Of a stretch of DNA of 49,950 nt, positions 36,842 through 45,821 are shown one piece after another; position 1 is the stretch's first letter, and every line of letters starts with the position of its first letter. The notes below the pieces were generated by a model. That model made no database searches, had not been told where the DNA came from, and saw only the letters and a program-made list of their open reading frames with translations. Position numbers and translations under genes: made by a program. The DNA comes from Lysobacterales bacterium (GTDB taxonomy: Bacteria > Pseudomonadota > Gammaproteobacteria > Xanthomonadales > Marinicellaceae): NCBI GenBank assembly GCA_026990095.1, contig JALSIL010000475.1, positions 1 to 49,950 of the forward strand, in the 5' to 3' direction.

Positions 36842-37261
36842 TTATTGATTTGGGATATTCTGAGCTGCAAAGGTTACCTTTGTAAATCCAATTTTACTTG
36901 CCACATCCAAAACTCTAATCACTGCCTGGTGGGGAGTTTTTGCATCTGCACTGATAATAAAAGGTAAATCTCTGGAATTGCCTGTGATATCCAGAATTGC
37001 TTTTTTTAATGTCGAATATTTTTGATTGATTACCTGCTGATTGTTTACATAATAAACGCCATCTGCATCTATCGTCAGATTAACCACTTTTGGCGCCTCG
37101 AGTCGCTCCTCACCACTCGCTTCAGGAAGATTTATCTTGATTGCTGTTTCACGGCTGAATGTTGTTGTAACCATAAAAAAAATCAATAACAAGAACACGA
37201 CATCAATCATGGGTGTCAATGTAATTTCCAGCTTCTCACGTTTTTTGTCGCGGAAATTCAT
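36842..37261 (-). CDS. exbD: ExbD/TolR family biopolymer transport protein
   Basis: LTPMIDVVFLLLIFFMVT is present. It is 139 aa and overlaps exbB through TGATG. Confidence 0.85.
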   Translation of the reverse strand: MNFRDKKREKLEITLTPMIDVVFLLLIFFMVTTTFSRETAIKINLPEASGEERLEAPKVVNLTIDADGVYYVNNQQVINQKYSTLKKAILDITGNSRDLPFIISADAKTPHQAVIRVLDVASKIGFTKVTFAAQNIPNQ

Positions 37262-37875
37262 CAGCTTTCCTCCCGCTCCCCATGCATCATTTCAATTAGT
37301 TTCAGGGCTTCTTCTTCCATATTGAGCACATAAGCATCTACAAGTCCTTCAAAATATCGATGAAAAATCAAACTGGGAATGGCAACAGTCAAACCTGCAG
37401 CGGTGGTAATCAAGGCTTCTGAAATTCCACCAGCCAATATCGCTGGGTCCCCAACACCATGACTCATAATCGCGGCAAATACCTTAATCATACCCATCAC
37501 AGTACCCAGCAAGCCAAGCAATGGTGTAACTGAAGCGATGGTTCCCAAGGTATTTAAAAACCTGTCCAGCTCATGCGCCGCTTGCCTACCCGCTTCGATG
37601 ATGCTTTCTTTCATGATTTCCCTGCCATGTTTACTATTGATTAAGCCTGCAGATAAAATCGCACCCAACGGAGAATTGGTTTTCAAACGCCTGATGGTTG
37701 CATCATCTAATCTATTTTCCTTGGCCAAGGTCCAAACTTGAGGAACAAGGTCAGAGGGAACAATTTTTTTCTTCTGCAATGACCAAAAACGCTCTCCAAT
37801 AATTGCCATCGCAATCACTGAACATAAGATGATTGGCCACATCAATAGGCCGCCCTTTTGTATCAATTCAAACAC
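37261..37875 (-). CDS. exbB: MotA/TolQ/ExbB proton-channel protein
   Basis: GTIASVTPLLGLLGTVMGMI and ISEALITTAAGLTVAIPS are present. The start is GTG and is uncertain; an internal ATG lies at codon 12. Confidence 0.85.
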   Translation of the reverse strand: MFELIQKGGLLMWPIILCSVIAMAIIGERFWSLQKKKIVPSDLVPQVWTLAKENRLDDATIRRLKTNSPLGAILSAGLINSKHGREIMKESIIEAGRQAAHELDRFLNTLGTIASVTPLLGLLGTVMGMIKVFAAIMSHGVGDPAILAGGISEALITTAAGLTVAIPSLIFHRYFEGLVDAYVLNMEEEALKLIEMMHGEREES

Positions 37876-37935
37876 TATATTAAATCCATAATTATGTTAA
37901 ACGAGAAAATGAACTTTTTTTGATAAACTATTATT

Positions 37936-39096
37936 TTACGCCAAGTTAACACTTTTTTCCTTACCAACCCAAATTACTGCAACAACAAAGGCGATAACAC
38001 AACAACCAGCCGCCAAACTATATACGATTTCCGCACCTAGAGGGATCCATAAATAACCGCTAAGCAATCCTCCTAACATACCCCCTAAGCCAAAACTCAT
38101 GCTGCTGTATAATGCCTGCCCCTTTCCCTGATGGCGAGAATTAAAATAACGATGAACCAAATGAATAGCGACCACATGTGAAGCACCAAAAGTTGCAGCA
38201 TGTAACACCTGGGCTAACAGCAACAATGTCCAGCTTTGAACACCCCATGCAATTAGTAACCAGCGAACAATACTTAATACAATACTGACCAATAAAATTT
38301 TCCTGAGTGTAAATCGATTAATCAAACGTCTCATAAAAACAAACAGCACCACTTCGGCGAAAACCCCAAGCGCCCATAAAAATCCGGTGATTGAAGAGGA
38401 ATAGTGATAGTTTTTCAAATAAATGGAAAAAAATACATAATAGGGTCCATGAGCGATTTGCAATAACATATAAACCACAAAAAACGCAATTACCTCGGGC
38501 TTTCGCAGTATTTCAAAAATCCCGACCGCATCAAGATCATGATGAATAATCCTGACCTCAGGAATTAGTAAAGCAACAAGCCAAATCAATATCAACAACA
38601 ACAAAATAACAGCAGGCAAAATCTCTATTTGATAAAGATCCAATAACTTGCCGATTGCCAGCACTGAAAATATAAAACCCATGGAACCCCAAAGCCTGAT
38701 TTGACTGTAGCGATGCGGTTCATCACGCAAATGAAAAAGTGTTGCCGCTTCAAACTGAGGTAATGCTGCATTCCAAAAAAAACTGAAGCCGATGGTAATC
38801 CAGGCAAATGCTTCATACCCTGACTTAAATAAAAATCCAGCAAAAATCAACATGCCAAAAAAGGATGTCAACCTGACGACTCGCAAGCTCTTGCCCGTAT
38901 AATCGGCCAACCAACCCCAAATATTCGGAGCTATAACCTTGGTTGCAACCATTAATGCCGATAGCTCACCAATTTCAACTGAACTGAATGAAATATTTTC
39001 CAGAAACAAGCTCCAAAATGGTAGAAAACCACCAAGTGAAGCAAAATAAAAAAAATAAAACCCTGACAATCGCCAGTAGGGTATAGCTGAATCCAT
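37936..39096 (-). CDS. MFS transporter (HcaT/MFS_1_like type)
   Basis: 386 aa with 12 predicted TM segments. The N-terminus is YWRLSGFYFFYFASLGGFLPFWSLFL. Confidence 0.75.
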   Translation of the reverse strand: MDSAIPYWRLSGFYFFYFASLGGFLPFWSLFLENISFSSVEIGELSALMVATKVIAPNIWGWLADYTGKSLRVVRLTSFFGMLIFAGFLFKSGYEAFAWITIGFSFFWNAALPQFEAATLFHLRDEPHRYSQIRLWGSMGFIFSVLAIGKLLDLYQIEILPAVILLLLILIWLVALLIPEVRIIHHDLDAVGIFEILRKPEVIAFFVVYMLLQIAHGPYYVFFSIYLKNYHYSSSITGFLWALGVFAEVVLFVFMRRLINRFTLRKILLVSIVLSIVRWLLIAWGVQSWTLLLLAQVLHAATFGASHVVAIHLVHRYFNSRHQGKGQALYSSMSFGLGGMLGGLLSGYLWIPLGAEIVYSLAAGCCVIAFVVAVIWVGKEKSVNLA

Positions 39097-39124
39097 GCGT
39101 TGATCAGATTAAAGACTTTGCGGT

Positions 39125-40213
39125 TTATCTAAGTATCGGCAAGCCAGCATTAACATCAATATTTTGAGCTCGCTGCCGCAGAAAATGATCCATGATAACA
39201 ATGGCCATCATCGCTTCAGCAATTGGCGTTGCCCGAATACCAACACACGGATCATGACGACCTTCGGTTATAACCTCCACTGGTTCGCCATTCAAATTTA
39301 TACTTTTCCCAGGCAAACGCAAGCTAGATGTAGGCTTTAGCGCAATGCGCGCAACCACATCCTGACCACTGGAAATACCACCCAAAACCCCGCCAGCATG
39401 ATTACTCAAAAAACCATCCGGAGTTATCTCATCACGAAACTCCGTCCCTTTACAGTTGATACAATCAAAACCATCGCCTATTTCTACGCCTTTAACAGCA
39501 TTAATACTCATTAAAGCGTGCGCCAAATCAGCATCAAGGCGATCAAAAACTGGCTCTCCCAAGCCGGGGGGAACATGGCTTGCGACAATTTCAATCTTGG
39601 CGCCAATTGAATCACCAGATTTTCGTAACTGATCCATATAGGTTTCCAATTCTGAAATTTTACTCGCATCTGGACAGAAAAAAGGATTGGTTGTAACAAT
39701 ATCCCAATCAACACTGGATATTTTAATTGGTCCTAATTGTGACAAAAAACCTCTAATTTCAATTCCAGCTTGTTGCTGTAAATATTTTTTTGCAATGGTG
39801 CCAGCAGCAACACGCATCGCGGTTTCCCGTGCCGAGGATCGGCCGCCGCCACGGTAATCACGAAAACCATATTTGTGCTGATAAGTATAATCTGCATGTC
39901 CTGGTCGAAACCTGTCAGCAATTTTAGTGTAATCTTTTGAGCGTTGATCGGTATTTTCAATTAATAGACCAATCGGTGTTCCGGTTGTCTTGCCTTCAAA
40001 AACCCCAGAAAGAATCTTCACTCTGTCTGCCTCTCTACGCTGCGTGGTATGGCGTGAAGTCCCTGGCTTTCTTCTATCCAAGTCTTTTTGGATATCTTCT
40101 TCGCAGAGCTCCATGCCTGGAGGACAGCCATCAACAATACAACCAAGCGCCACTCCGTGACTTTCGCCAAAGCTAGTGACTGTAAAAATTTTTCCTATAC
40201 TGTTTCCTGACAT
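39125..40213 (-). CDS. aroC: Chorismate synthase
   Basis: [20 protein letters not shown]...GRSSARETA...RHDPCV are present. It is 362 aa. Confidence 0.95.
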   Translation of the reverse strand: MSGNSIGKIFTVTSFGESHGVALGCIVDGCPPGMELCEEDIQKDLDRRKPGTSRHTTQRREADRVKILSGVFEGKTTGTPIGLLIENTDQRSKDYTKIADRFRPGHADYTYQHKYGFRDYRGGGRSSARETAMRVAAGTIAKKYLQQQAGIEIRGFLSQLGPIKISSVDWDIVTTNPFFCPDASKISELETYMDQLRKSGDSIGAKIEIVASHVPPGLGEPVFDRLDADLAHALMSINAVKGVEIGDGFDCINCKGTEFRDEITPDGFLSNHAGGVLGGISSGQDVVARIALKPTSSLRLPGKSINLNGEPVEVITEGRHDPCVGIRATPIAEAMMAIVIMDHFLRQRAQNIDVNAGLPILR

Positions 40214-41142
40214 AATAATGCTAACGATCGATTAAATAATTCATGGAATTGATTGACTTGTTGCGAAGTCAGCAAAAAGACGCCATCTCCGCCCTGCTCA
40301 AATTCCAACCAATTGAAAGGAATTTCCGGGAACAAATCCTGCAGTGTTTGTGCGCTACTACCCACCTCTACCACCAAAATACCATCGAATGAGAGGAAAA
40401 ACTTTGCTTGCGCCAAAATTTTGATCACCAGATCCAGACCTGATTCCCCCCCTTTAAAGCCCATTGCTGGCTCGGCATGGAATTCTTTGGGCAAATGTTG
40501 CCATTCTTTCAAACTAACATATGGAGGGTTACTGACTATCAAATCATATTGCTTGTCAGGGAGGTTTGCGAACAAATCTGAGTGTAACACCTTAACCTGC
40601 CCATTCAATTCAAACTTGTTGACATTAATTTCTGCGACCGCCAACGCATCCCTAGAGTAATCCACCGCATCAACATCCGCTTCAGGAAAGGCAAAAGCAC
40701 AGGCGATGGCAATACAGGCGCTGCCAGTACATAAATCTAAAACAGAACGCGCATCCTGCAGCCAAGGACTAAACCCCTCCTGGATAAGTTCGGCAATGGG
40801 GGAACGCGGAATTAAAACCCGCTCATCGACATAAAACGACAAACCAGCAAAAATAGCTTCCCGAGTTAAATAAGCGGAAGGAATCCTTTCCTCGATTCTC
40901 CGCTTGAACAATGCAACTATTTTTTCCTGCTCAATTTTTGTCAGCCGTGCTTCAAGATAGGTTCCCGGCAGCTGATAAGGCAAATGCAGCGTATGCAATA
41001 CAATTGCCGCCGCATCATCCAGTGCTGTCGTAGTCCCATGACCAAAAAACAAATCCGCCTCTGAAAACCGGCTGGCGCCCCAGCGTATAAAGTCTTTAAT
41101 TGAAATCAGGTTATCCGGAATATCCGAAAAAGTTTTTTCCAT
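40195..41142 (-). CDS. prmB: 50S ribosomal protein L3 Gln N5-methyltransferase
   Basis: Motifs are VSNPPYVS and [13 protein letters not shown] prefer the start [21 protein letters not shown] at 41142 by analogy with the E. coli PrmB N-terminus. It shows prmB-aroC synteny with a 19-bp overlap. Confidence 0.85.
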   Translation of the reverse strand: MEKTFSDIPDNLISIKDFIRWGASRFSEADLFFGHGTTTALDDAAAIVLHTLHLPYQLPGTYLEARLTKIEQEKIVALFKRRIEERIPSAYLTREAIFAGLSFYVDERVLIPRSPIAELIQEGFSPWLQDARSVLDLCTGSACIAIACAFAFPEADVDAVDYSRDALAVAEINVNKFELNGQVKVLHSDLFANLPDKQYDLIVSNPPYVSLKEWQHLPKEFHAEPAMGFKGGESGLDLVIKILAQAKFFLSFDGILVVEVGSSAQTLQDLFPEIPFNWLEFEQGGDGVFLLTSQQVNQFHELFNRSLALLCQETV

Positions 41143-41238
41143 CGTGAAATTATGATGATAAAAGGGGAAAAACTGCAAAACCTCCATTTTAAACTAAACT
41201 AGAACTGTATGGAGAATTATCATCGTCATTAGCCCTTT

Positions 41239-42132
41239 ATGACCGAAACAGCCTCACCCAAACAAAGCATTGATAAAAGAGTAAGCAGTTTAGCCAAAAA
41301 CAGACTTTATATTGATTGCTATCGTTACATGCAATCAGACAAGCTGGCCTTACCCACAATTCCCGATGTCGCCCAAAAGATCAGAAAAGCGATTAATAAT
41401 GAAAATGCCAACAGCAATTCCATAGCTCGGGTTGTACAAATTGATCCGACTATAACCGCAAGACTAATCAAAATTTCCAATAGCCCTCTTTATTGCGGCC
41501 GTAGAAAAATTGAAAGTTGCCCCGAAGCACTTACCCGATTAGGCTTGAAAACCGCTCAGGAAATTATCACTGCTTTTGCCATGAAAGCCATTTTCAAAGC
41601 CAAATCACCCACTATCAAACGCAAAATGGTCGAGCTGTGGAACCATTCCAGTTATGTCGCGGCAATCAGTGCTGTTTTTGCTCATAAAACTCCTGGATTT
41701 GATCCCGACCGGGCAATGCTTGCCGGTTTGATTCATGATATTGGCATTGTGCCAATTCTGGCCCATGCAGACAAACACTCGCAAATTATTTCACACCCCA
41801 AAGATCTTGCAGATACCATCAAGCAACTGCGTGCAGAAATTGGTGTTCAAATTATCAGAAAATGGGATTTTCCCAGAGATTTCGAGGACGTGGTCATACA
41901 TGCTGAAAATTGGCATCGAGATGAAAAAAAAGAACCTGACTATACTGATATTGTAATGATTTCGCAGCTCCATAGTTATATTGGCAAGGTAGATATAAAG
42001 AAAATGCCGAAACTGGATAAATTACCGGCTTATCGAAAACTATTGGCTGGAAATCTGGATATGGACACCAGTATTAATATACTCGATCAAGCGAAGGAAG
42101 AAATAGATGAAATTCAGCAAATGCTAAATTGA
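41239..42132 (+). CDS. HDOD domain-containing signalling protein
   Basis: LPTIPDVAQKIRKAINNENANSNSIARVVQIDPTITARLIKISNSPLY and GLIHDIGIVPIL are present. Confidence 0.8.
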   Translation: MTETASPKQSIDKRVSSLAKNRLYIDCYRYMQSDKLALPTIPDVAQKIRKAINNENANSNSIARVVQIDPTITARLIKISNSPLYCGRRKIESCPEALTRLGLKTAQEIITAFAMKAIFKAKSPTIKRKMVELWNHSSYVAAISAVFAHKTPGFDPDRAMLAGLIHDIGIVPILAHADKHSQIISHPKDLADTIKQLRAEIGVQIIRKWDFPRDFEDVVIHAENWHRDEKKEPDYTDIVMISQLHSYIGKVDIKKMPKLDKLPAYRKLLAGNLDMDTSINILDQAKEEIDEIQQMLN

Positions 42133-43739
42133 TGGATTTCATCATTCCGGCCAAAGCCCTTTCTCTGCTTTCTCCAGGCATAAAACCAAATAACCCAGAA
42201 TTATCTTTAAAAATAGGACAGCAGCTTGATGCCAAGATACTCAACATTTCCGTTGAAAGAAATATTATTGAATTACAACTTAACAAGGCCATTGTAAAAG
42301 TTACCGCCGACCCGCCACTGACATCCCAACCCCCTTTAACTCAGTCACTGCCACCATTCACAAAAGGTGAGCAAATTTCATTACTTGTTAGCAAACTCTT
42401 GCCAAGGCCCGAACTTACCCTTGAACTCACAGCACCTCCCTCTCAAAAACAATCCCAATTTCCGTTAACGGGCGAAAACAAAACAATAAATCAAGCTGGT
42501 AATGGGTTCAAATCAAATCCTGCTGCTTTGAAATTATTATTCACCACAACGATACAACCTCAGATTGTAAAAAACAGTACAGATGGACAACTTTCTCTGT
42601 TAGAGAAAGGTCAACCATTCACTGCAAAAATCATATCAATAGAAAATAGCAGTTTAAAGCTTGAGTTAATGTCTGCCCCCAAAAATAATAGATTTGGCGT
42701 CACACAATCAATTAAAACAACCGTTCTTTCAGTCCCACTGGAAAAGATTTCACAACCTCAAACTTCATTGTTCAAGACTGATCTGTCTCAATTGAAGACG
42801 GGGCAATTAATATCATTGGAGATAACTAAAACAGGAAATCACCCAGAATTTAAAATCCTGAAAAACCAACCGCCCCCTCCATTGGTGACTCCAGAAAAAA
42901 TACTGACAGAAACAATCAGGCGCTTTCTTCCGGTTCAGCAGTCGCCATTTATTTTTATTGAACAGTTAGGGGAAAATATACCATCCCTCATTGCAGATAA
43001 AACAATTCCCGATACGTTAAAGCAGTTAGCTCAGCAAATTCTGCAACAACTACCAAAAAAAATCACTCTGACTCATCCCCAAGGACTCAAGAAAAGCATT
43101 AATAATTCTGGACTTTTTCTGGAAAGTAGATTATTCCAATCAGAACAAGACCCTTTATTAAAAAATCAAACTGATTTTAAAGCTGTTACTCTAAAATTCA
43201 TTCAGGCTTTGAAACAGCAATTGCCAATAACATTGGCTTCGGAGTTTCAAAGCACTGAAAATAAATCCCTGGACCTAAAACAACTGCAAAATAATGCAGA
43301 AAGTTCGATAGCAAAAATTGTTTTGGATCAAATATCTTCTTTGCCGAAAGAAGATATGCCAAAACAGATTCTGCATTTGGAATTACCCTATCTAGGCGAT
43401 CAAAAAAATGTAGAAAATATCACCATCCAAATTGAGCAAGACAATAACAATCAGGCGCAAACAGAAAAAGATAATTGGACTGTAGACATCACACTCAATC
43501 CACCTCGGTTAGGTGAATTATTTTGCAAAATCTCCTGCATTAATGGCACCATCAGCACCTATTTCTGGAGTAATTCCTCTAAAACCAATAACTTGGTCAA
43601 TCAAAATCTGGATTTTCTTAAAAGCCGCCTTGAAGCGTCTGGACTTAAAACCGGCCAAATCAAAGCACATGACCACGCGCCTAAATCCGCTAAAAAAGGC
43701 ATTGAATGCTCGCATAAATTAATTGACGAACAAATCTAA
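42132..43739 (+). CDS. Q/P/L-rich protein with FliK-like (flagellar hook-length control, Flg_hook) C-terminal domain
   Basis: The C-terminal segment LHLELPYLGDQKNVENITIQ...NWTVDITLNPPRLGELFCKIS...NLDFLKSRLEASGLKTGQI follows the PF02120 pattern. I take ATG 42132, which overlaps the HDOD stop by 1 nt. The track starts at TTG 42129. Confidence 0.5.
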   Translation: MDFIIPAKALSLLSPGIKPNNPELSLKIGQQLDAKILNISVERNIIELQLNKAIVKVTADPPLTSQPPLTQSLPPFTKGEQISLLVSKLLPRPELTLELTAPPSQKQSQFPLTGENKTINQAGNGFKSNPAALKLLFTTTIQPQIVKNSTDGQLSLLEKGQPFTAKIISIENSSLKLELMSAPKNNRFGVTQSIKTTVLSVPLEKISQPQTSLFKTDLSQLKTGQLISLEITKTGNHPEFKILKNQPPPPLVTPEKILTETIRRFLPVQQSPFIFIEQLGENIPSLIADKTIPDTLKQLAQQILQQLPKKITLTHPQGLKKSINNSGLFLESRLFQSEQDPLLKNQTDFKAVTLKFIQALKQQLPITLASEFQSTENKSLDLKQLQNNAESSIAKIVLDQISSLPKEDMPKQILHLELPYLGDQKNVENITIQIEQDNNNQAQTEKDNWTVDITLNPPRLGELFCKISCINGTISTYFWSNSSKTNNLVNQNLDFLKSRLEASGLKTGQIKAHDHAPKSAKKGIECSHKLIDEQI

Positions 43740-43755
43740 AACAATAATTGTTTTT

Positions 43756-43786
43756 TTGAAATACGACCACCCTACCCGTATTTCAA
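43756..43786 (+). terminator. Hairpin, candidate intrinsic terminator after the FliK-like gene
   Basis: TTGAAATACG-N11-CGTATTTCAA forms a 10-bp perfect stem, 17 nt after the stop, and is followed by A/T-rich AATTATTATTTG. Confidence 0.4.
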
Positions 43787-44091
43787 AATTATTATTTGTC
43801 TTTACCAAACTCCCCTCTTGACACTAATAAAATAGTTGCGAAATTAGTTAAAATACCAGATACTTTTACCAGTATTCACAATAGTCATGGGAGCAGATCA
43901 TCCGAATTCCCGACTTTGAAGCTGTTCGAGTTTTGATTTATGGATGCAAAACAAGAAAAAGGTGGGCGGAAAAGAGTTACATACAGAATTATGTCCATTT
44001 TCATTCCAAACACCATTTATCAAAATCTTAAGCAAGTTTTTAAATAATCTGCGCCTGCGCTAAACATACATTACTAGGAGGAAAAAACCAC

Positions 44092-44412
44092 ATGAAAAAA
44101 TCCATTATTTTAGGAATGAGTGTCTTCGGAATAATTTTCAACTCAATCCAAAGCTTTGCTGATAACGATCAATATCCAGCTACTAATTTTCAGCCAAAAG
44201 TTATTTATATCGATAAAGACCTAGTGAAATCAACACCACAAAAAGCTGAGTTTGACCCGAAATATCCAGCTACCAATTTTCAACCCAAAGTCATCTACAT
44301 TGACAAAAGTGCAGCTACTACCTCATCCTCTACACCAAGAAAAAAAGCTGAATTTGACCCAAAATATCCAGCGGCGAATTTTGAACCTAAAGTCATTTTC
44401 CCTGCGGGCTAG
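44092..44412 (+). CDS. Small secreted protein with three tandem (K/Q)YPA(T/A)NF(Q/E)PKVI repeats
   Basis: A strong SD (TAGGAGG) precedes the gene. The signal peptide is MKKSIILGMSVFGIIFNSIQSFA. The repeats are visible at both the DNA and protein level (44170-44402). Confidence 0.6.
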   Translation: MKKSIILGMSVFGIIFNSIQSFADNDQYPATNFQPKVIYIDKDLVKSTPQKAEFDPKYPATNFQPKVIYIDKSAATTSSSTPRKKAEFDPKYPAANFEPKVIFPAG

Positions 44413-44431
44413 CTGGAAAAACAACTCAATC

Positions 44432-44457
44432 GGGCATGCTTTGATGAAAGCATGCCC
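44432..44457 (+). terminator. Strong hairpin 20 nt after the stop of the repeat-protein gene
   Basis: GGGCATGCTTT-GATG-AAAGCATGCCC has an 11-bp perfect stem and a 4-nt loop. No U-tract follows, so a terminator role is uncertain. Confidence 0.4.
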
Positions 44458-44721
44458 ATTAAACCATTGTCTTTCGTTCCCTGGCACTTAGGAACGCGCA
44501 TGAAATAACTAGAGCAACAGACTGTCTTGTTATCTGTCTTTAAGGCGTAGAATACAACGCCTGTTGCCCAACTTATTCCGTATACGTTCTTTACTTATCC
44601 CTAATTTACAGCATCAACAATACAACCAATCAATACTTATAGCCCATCTCTTGAAAAAACAAACATTGCCACCATTAAATGAGTAACTTTTTTTAATATT
44701 TCTACTTAACGGAGTCCGGCT

Positions 44722-45156
44722 ATGAGCGCAACACATATTGTTTGTCCCCACTGTAACATTACCAATCGTATCCCCAGTGAGAAATTAGCAAACAAACCCA
44801 TCTGTGGGAAATGCAAAAAACCGCTTTTCTTTGCTAAACCTTTAGAGCTCAACACCACTAATTTTACATCTCATATCAGCAAAAATGATATCCCAGTTGT
44901 TGTAGACTTCTGGGCAGAATGGTGTGGACCTTGTAAAATGATGGCTCCAATGTTTGCTCAGGCGACTACGCAGCTTGAACCCAAAGTCCGCATGGCTAAA
45001 GTCAACACCGAGCAGGAACAAAATATAGCTGCACAATTTAATATCCGCAGCATTCCAACCCTGATAATTTTTAAACATGGCAAAGAAATTGCCCGTCAAT
45101 CTGGAGCCATGGATAGTCAAAGCCTAATACAATGGGTTAATCAACACTTGAATTAA
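44722..45156 (+). CDS. trxC: Thioredoxin 2 (N-terminal zinc-finger thioredoxin)
   Basis: The zinc finger is CPHCNITNRIP...CGKCKKPL and the active site is WAEWCGPCK. It is 144 aa. Confidence 0.9.
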   Translation: MSATHIVCPHCNITNRIPSEKLANKPICGKCKKPLFFAKPLELNTTNFTSHISKNDIPVVVDFWAEWCGPCKMMAPMFAQATTQLEPKVRMAKVNTEQEQNIAAQFNIRSIPTLIIFKHGKEIARQSGAMDSQSLIQWVNQHLN

Positions 45157-45215
45157 ACCAACATAATTTTCAGGGATAATTATAAAATGATGGCTATTTT
45201 TAAATACACAAAACC

Positions 45216-45689
45216 TTGATAGATTTAAGTTTAATCTTTTCTATTGTAATTTTACTCTTAACGGCAAATGGCCTGCCAATCATTGCTCGAAATCTATTAA
45301 CAGAAAAACTAGAATATCCTATTGATTTCGGGATTAAATTGCCTGATCACCATCCTATTTTTGGCATATCAAAAACATGGCGCGGTGTCATTGCCTCAAT
45401 TTTAGGCACTGGTGCATTAGCCTATTTAATCGGGTTTCCAAAAATCGTAATTGCAAAGTTTGGTTTTTACGCAATGCTTGGTGATTTATTTTCCAGCTTC
45501 TTTAAACGCCGCATGGGTTTACCTGAAAGCTCTAAAACACGGGGCCTTGATGTCATTCCAGAATCATTATTCCCTCTCATAATGTTACATAATCATTTGA
45601 ATATCAATATGCTCGAAATTGTTATCATTGTTGGAATTTTCGTTATTGTGGAAATCACACTTTCACCTGTTTTATACTGTTTACGCTGA
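45216..45689 (+). CDS. CDP-archaeol synthase-like (CarS/DUF46) CTP-transferase family membrane protein
   Basis: ISKTWRGVIASILG and GDLFSSFFKRRMGLPESSKTRGLDVIPESLFP resemble the GxxKTWRG and GDLxxSFxKRR motifs of CarS/CdsA-type enzymes. The start is TTG. The last 7 codons and the stop lie inside repeat copy 2. Confidence 0.55.
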   Translation: MIDLSLIFSIVILLLTANGLPIIARNLLTEKLEYPIDFGIKLPDHHPIFGISKTWRGVIASILGTGALAYLIGFPKIVIAKFGFYAMLGDLFSSFFKRRMGLPESSKTRGLDVIPESLFPLIMLHNHLNINMLEIVIIVGIFVIVEITLSPVLYCLR

Positions 45690-45778
45690 AAAATGCACTT
45701 TTGACGTTATGTAACATACTGAATGTAAATTAATTATTATGAATGTAGCGAGGTATTTTTGACCGTAAATAGCATATA
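45673..45778. repeat. Palindromic MITE/ERIC-like element, copy 2
   Basis: My hand alignment to the reverse complement of 8076-8178 gives 87/106 matches (about 82 %). In addition, a 19-nt block identical in direct orientation links 45667-45685 to 8070-8088. Confidence 0.6.
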
Positions 45779-45821
45779 TCGACTGCATATCCGAAAAAGG
45801 CCTTACTAAAAATTACAAGCA

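Noticed and set aside
37876-37935. A Fur box upstream of exbB (AATAATAGTTTATC).
   Set aside because: It is only a partial match to GATAATGATAATCATTATC. This exbB-exbD pair is the lpxK-linked housekeeping type, and no TonB or receptor gene is adjacent.
40253-40660. Antisense or overlapping ORFs from the track, for example 105-293, 1830-2048, 2340-2627, 4203-4493, 8293-8616, 15971-16288, 18434-18754, 23295-23606, 35661-35927, 40253-40660, 44842-45120 and 48009-48281.
   Set aside because: All lie inside or opposite well-supported genes. Their composition is low-complexity or unlike real proteins, and I recognise no motifs in them. I treat them as shadow ORFs.
44475-44508. A shared ~23-nt motif ACTTAGGAACG(C/T)GCA(T/C)G.AA.TAA downstream of two plus-strand genes (44486-44508 and 46580-46603). 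The first copy lies within a CGTTCC/GGAACG hairpin.
   Set aside because: There are only about 19/23 matches in two copies, which is too short to separate a decayed repeat from chance without a genome-wide search.
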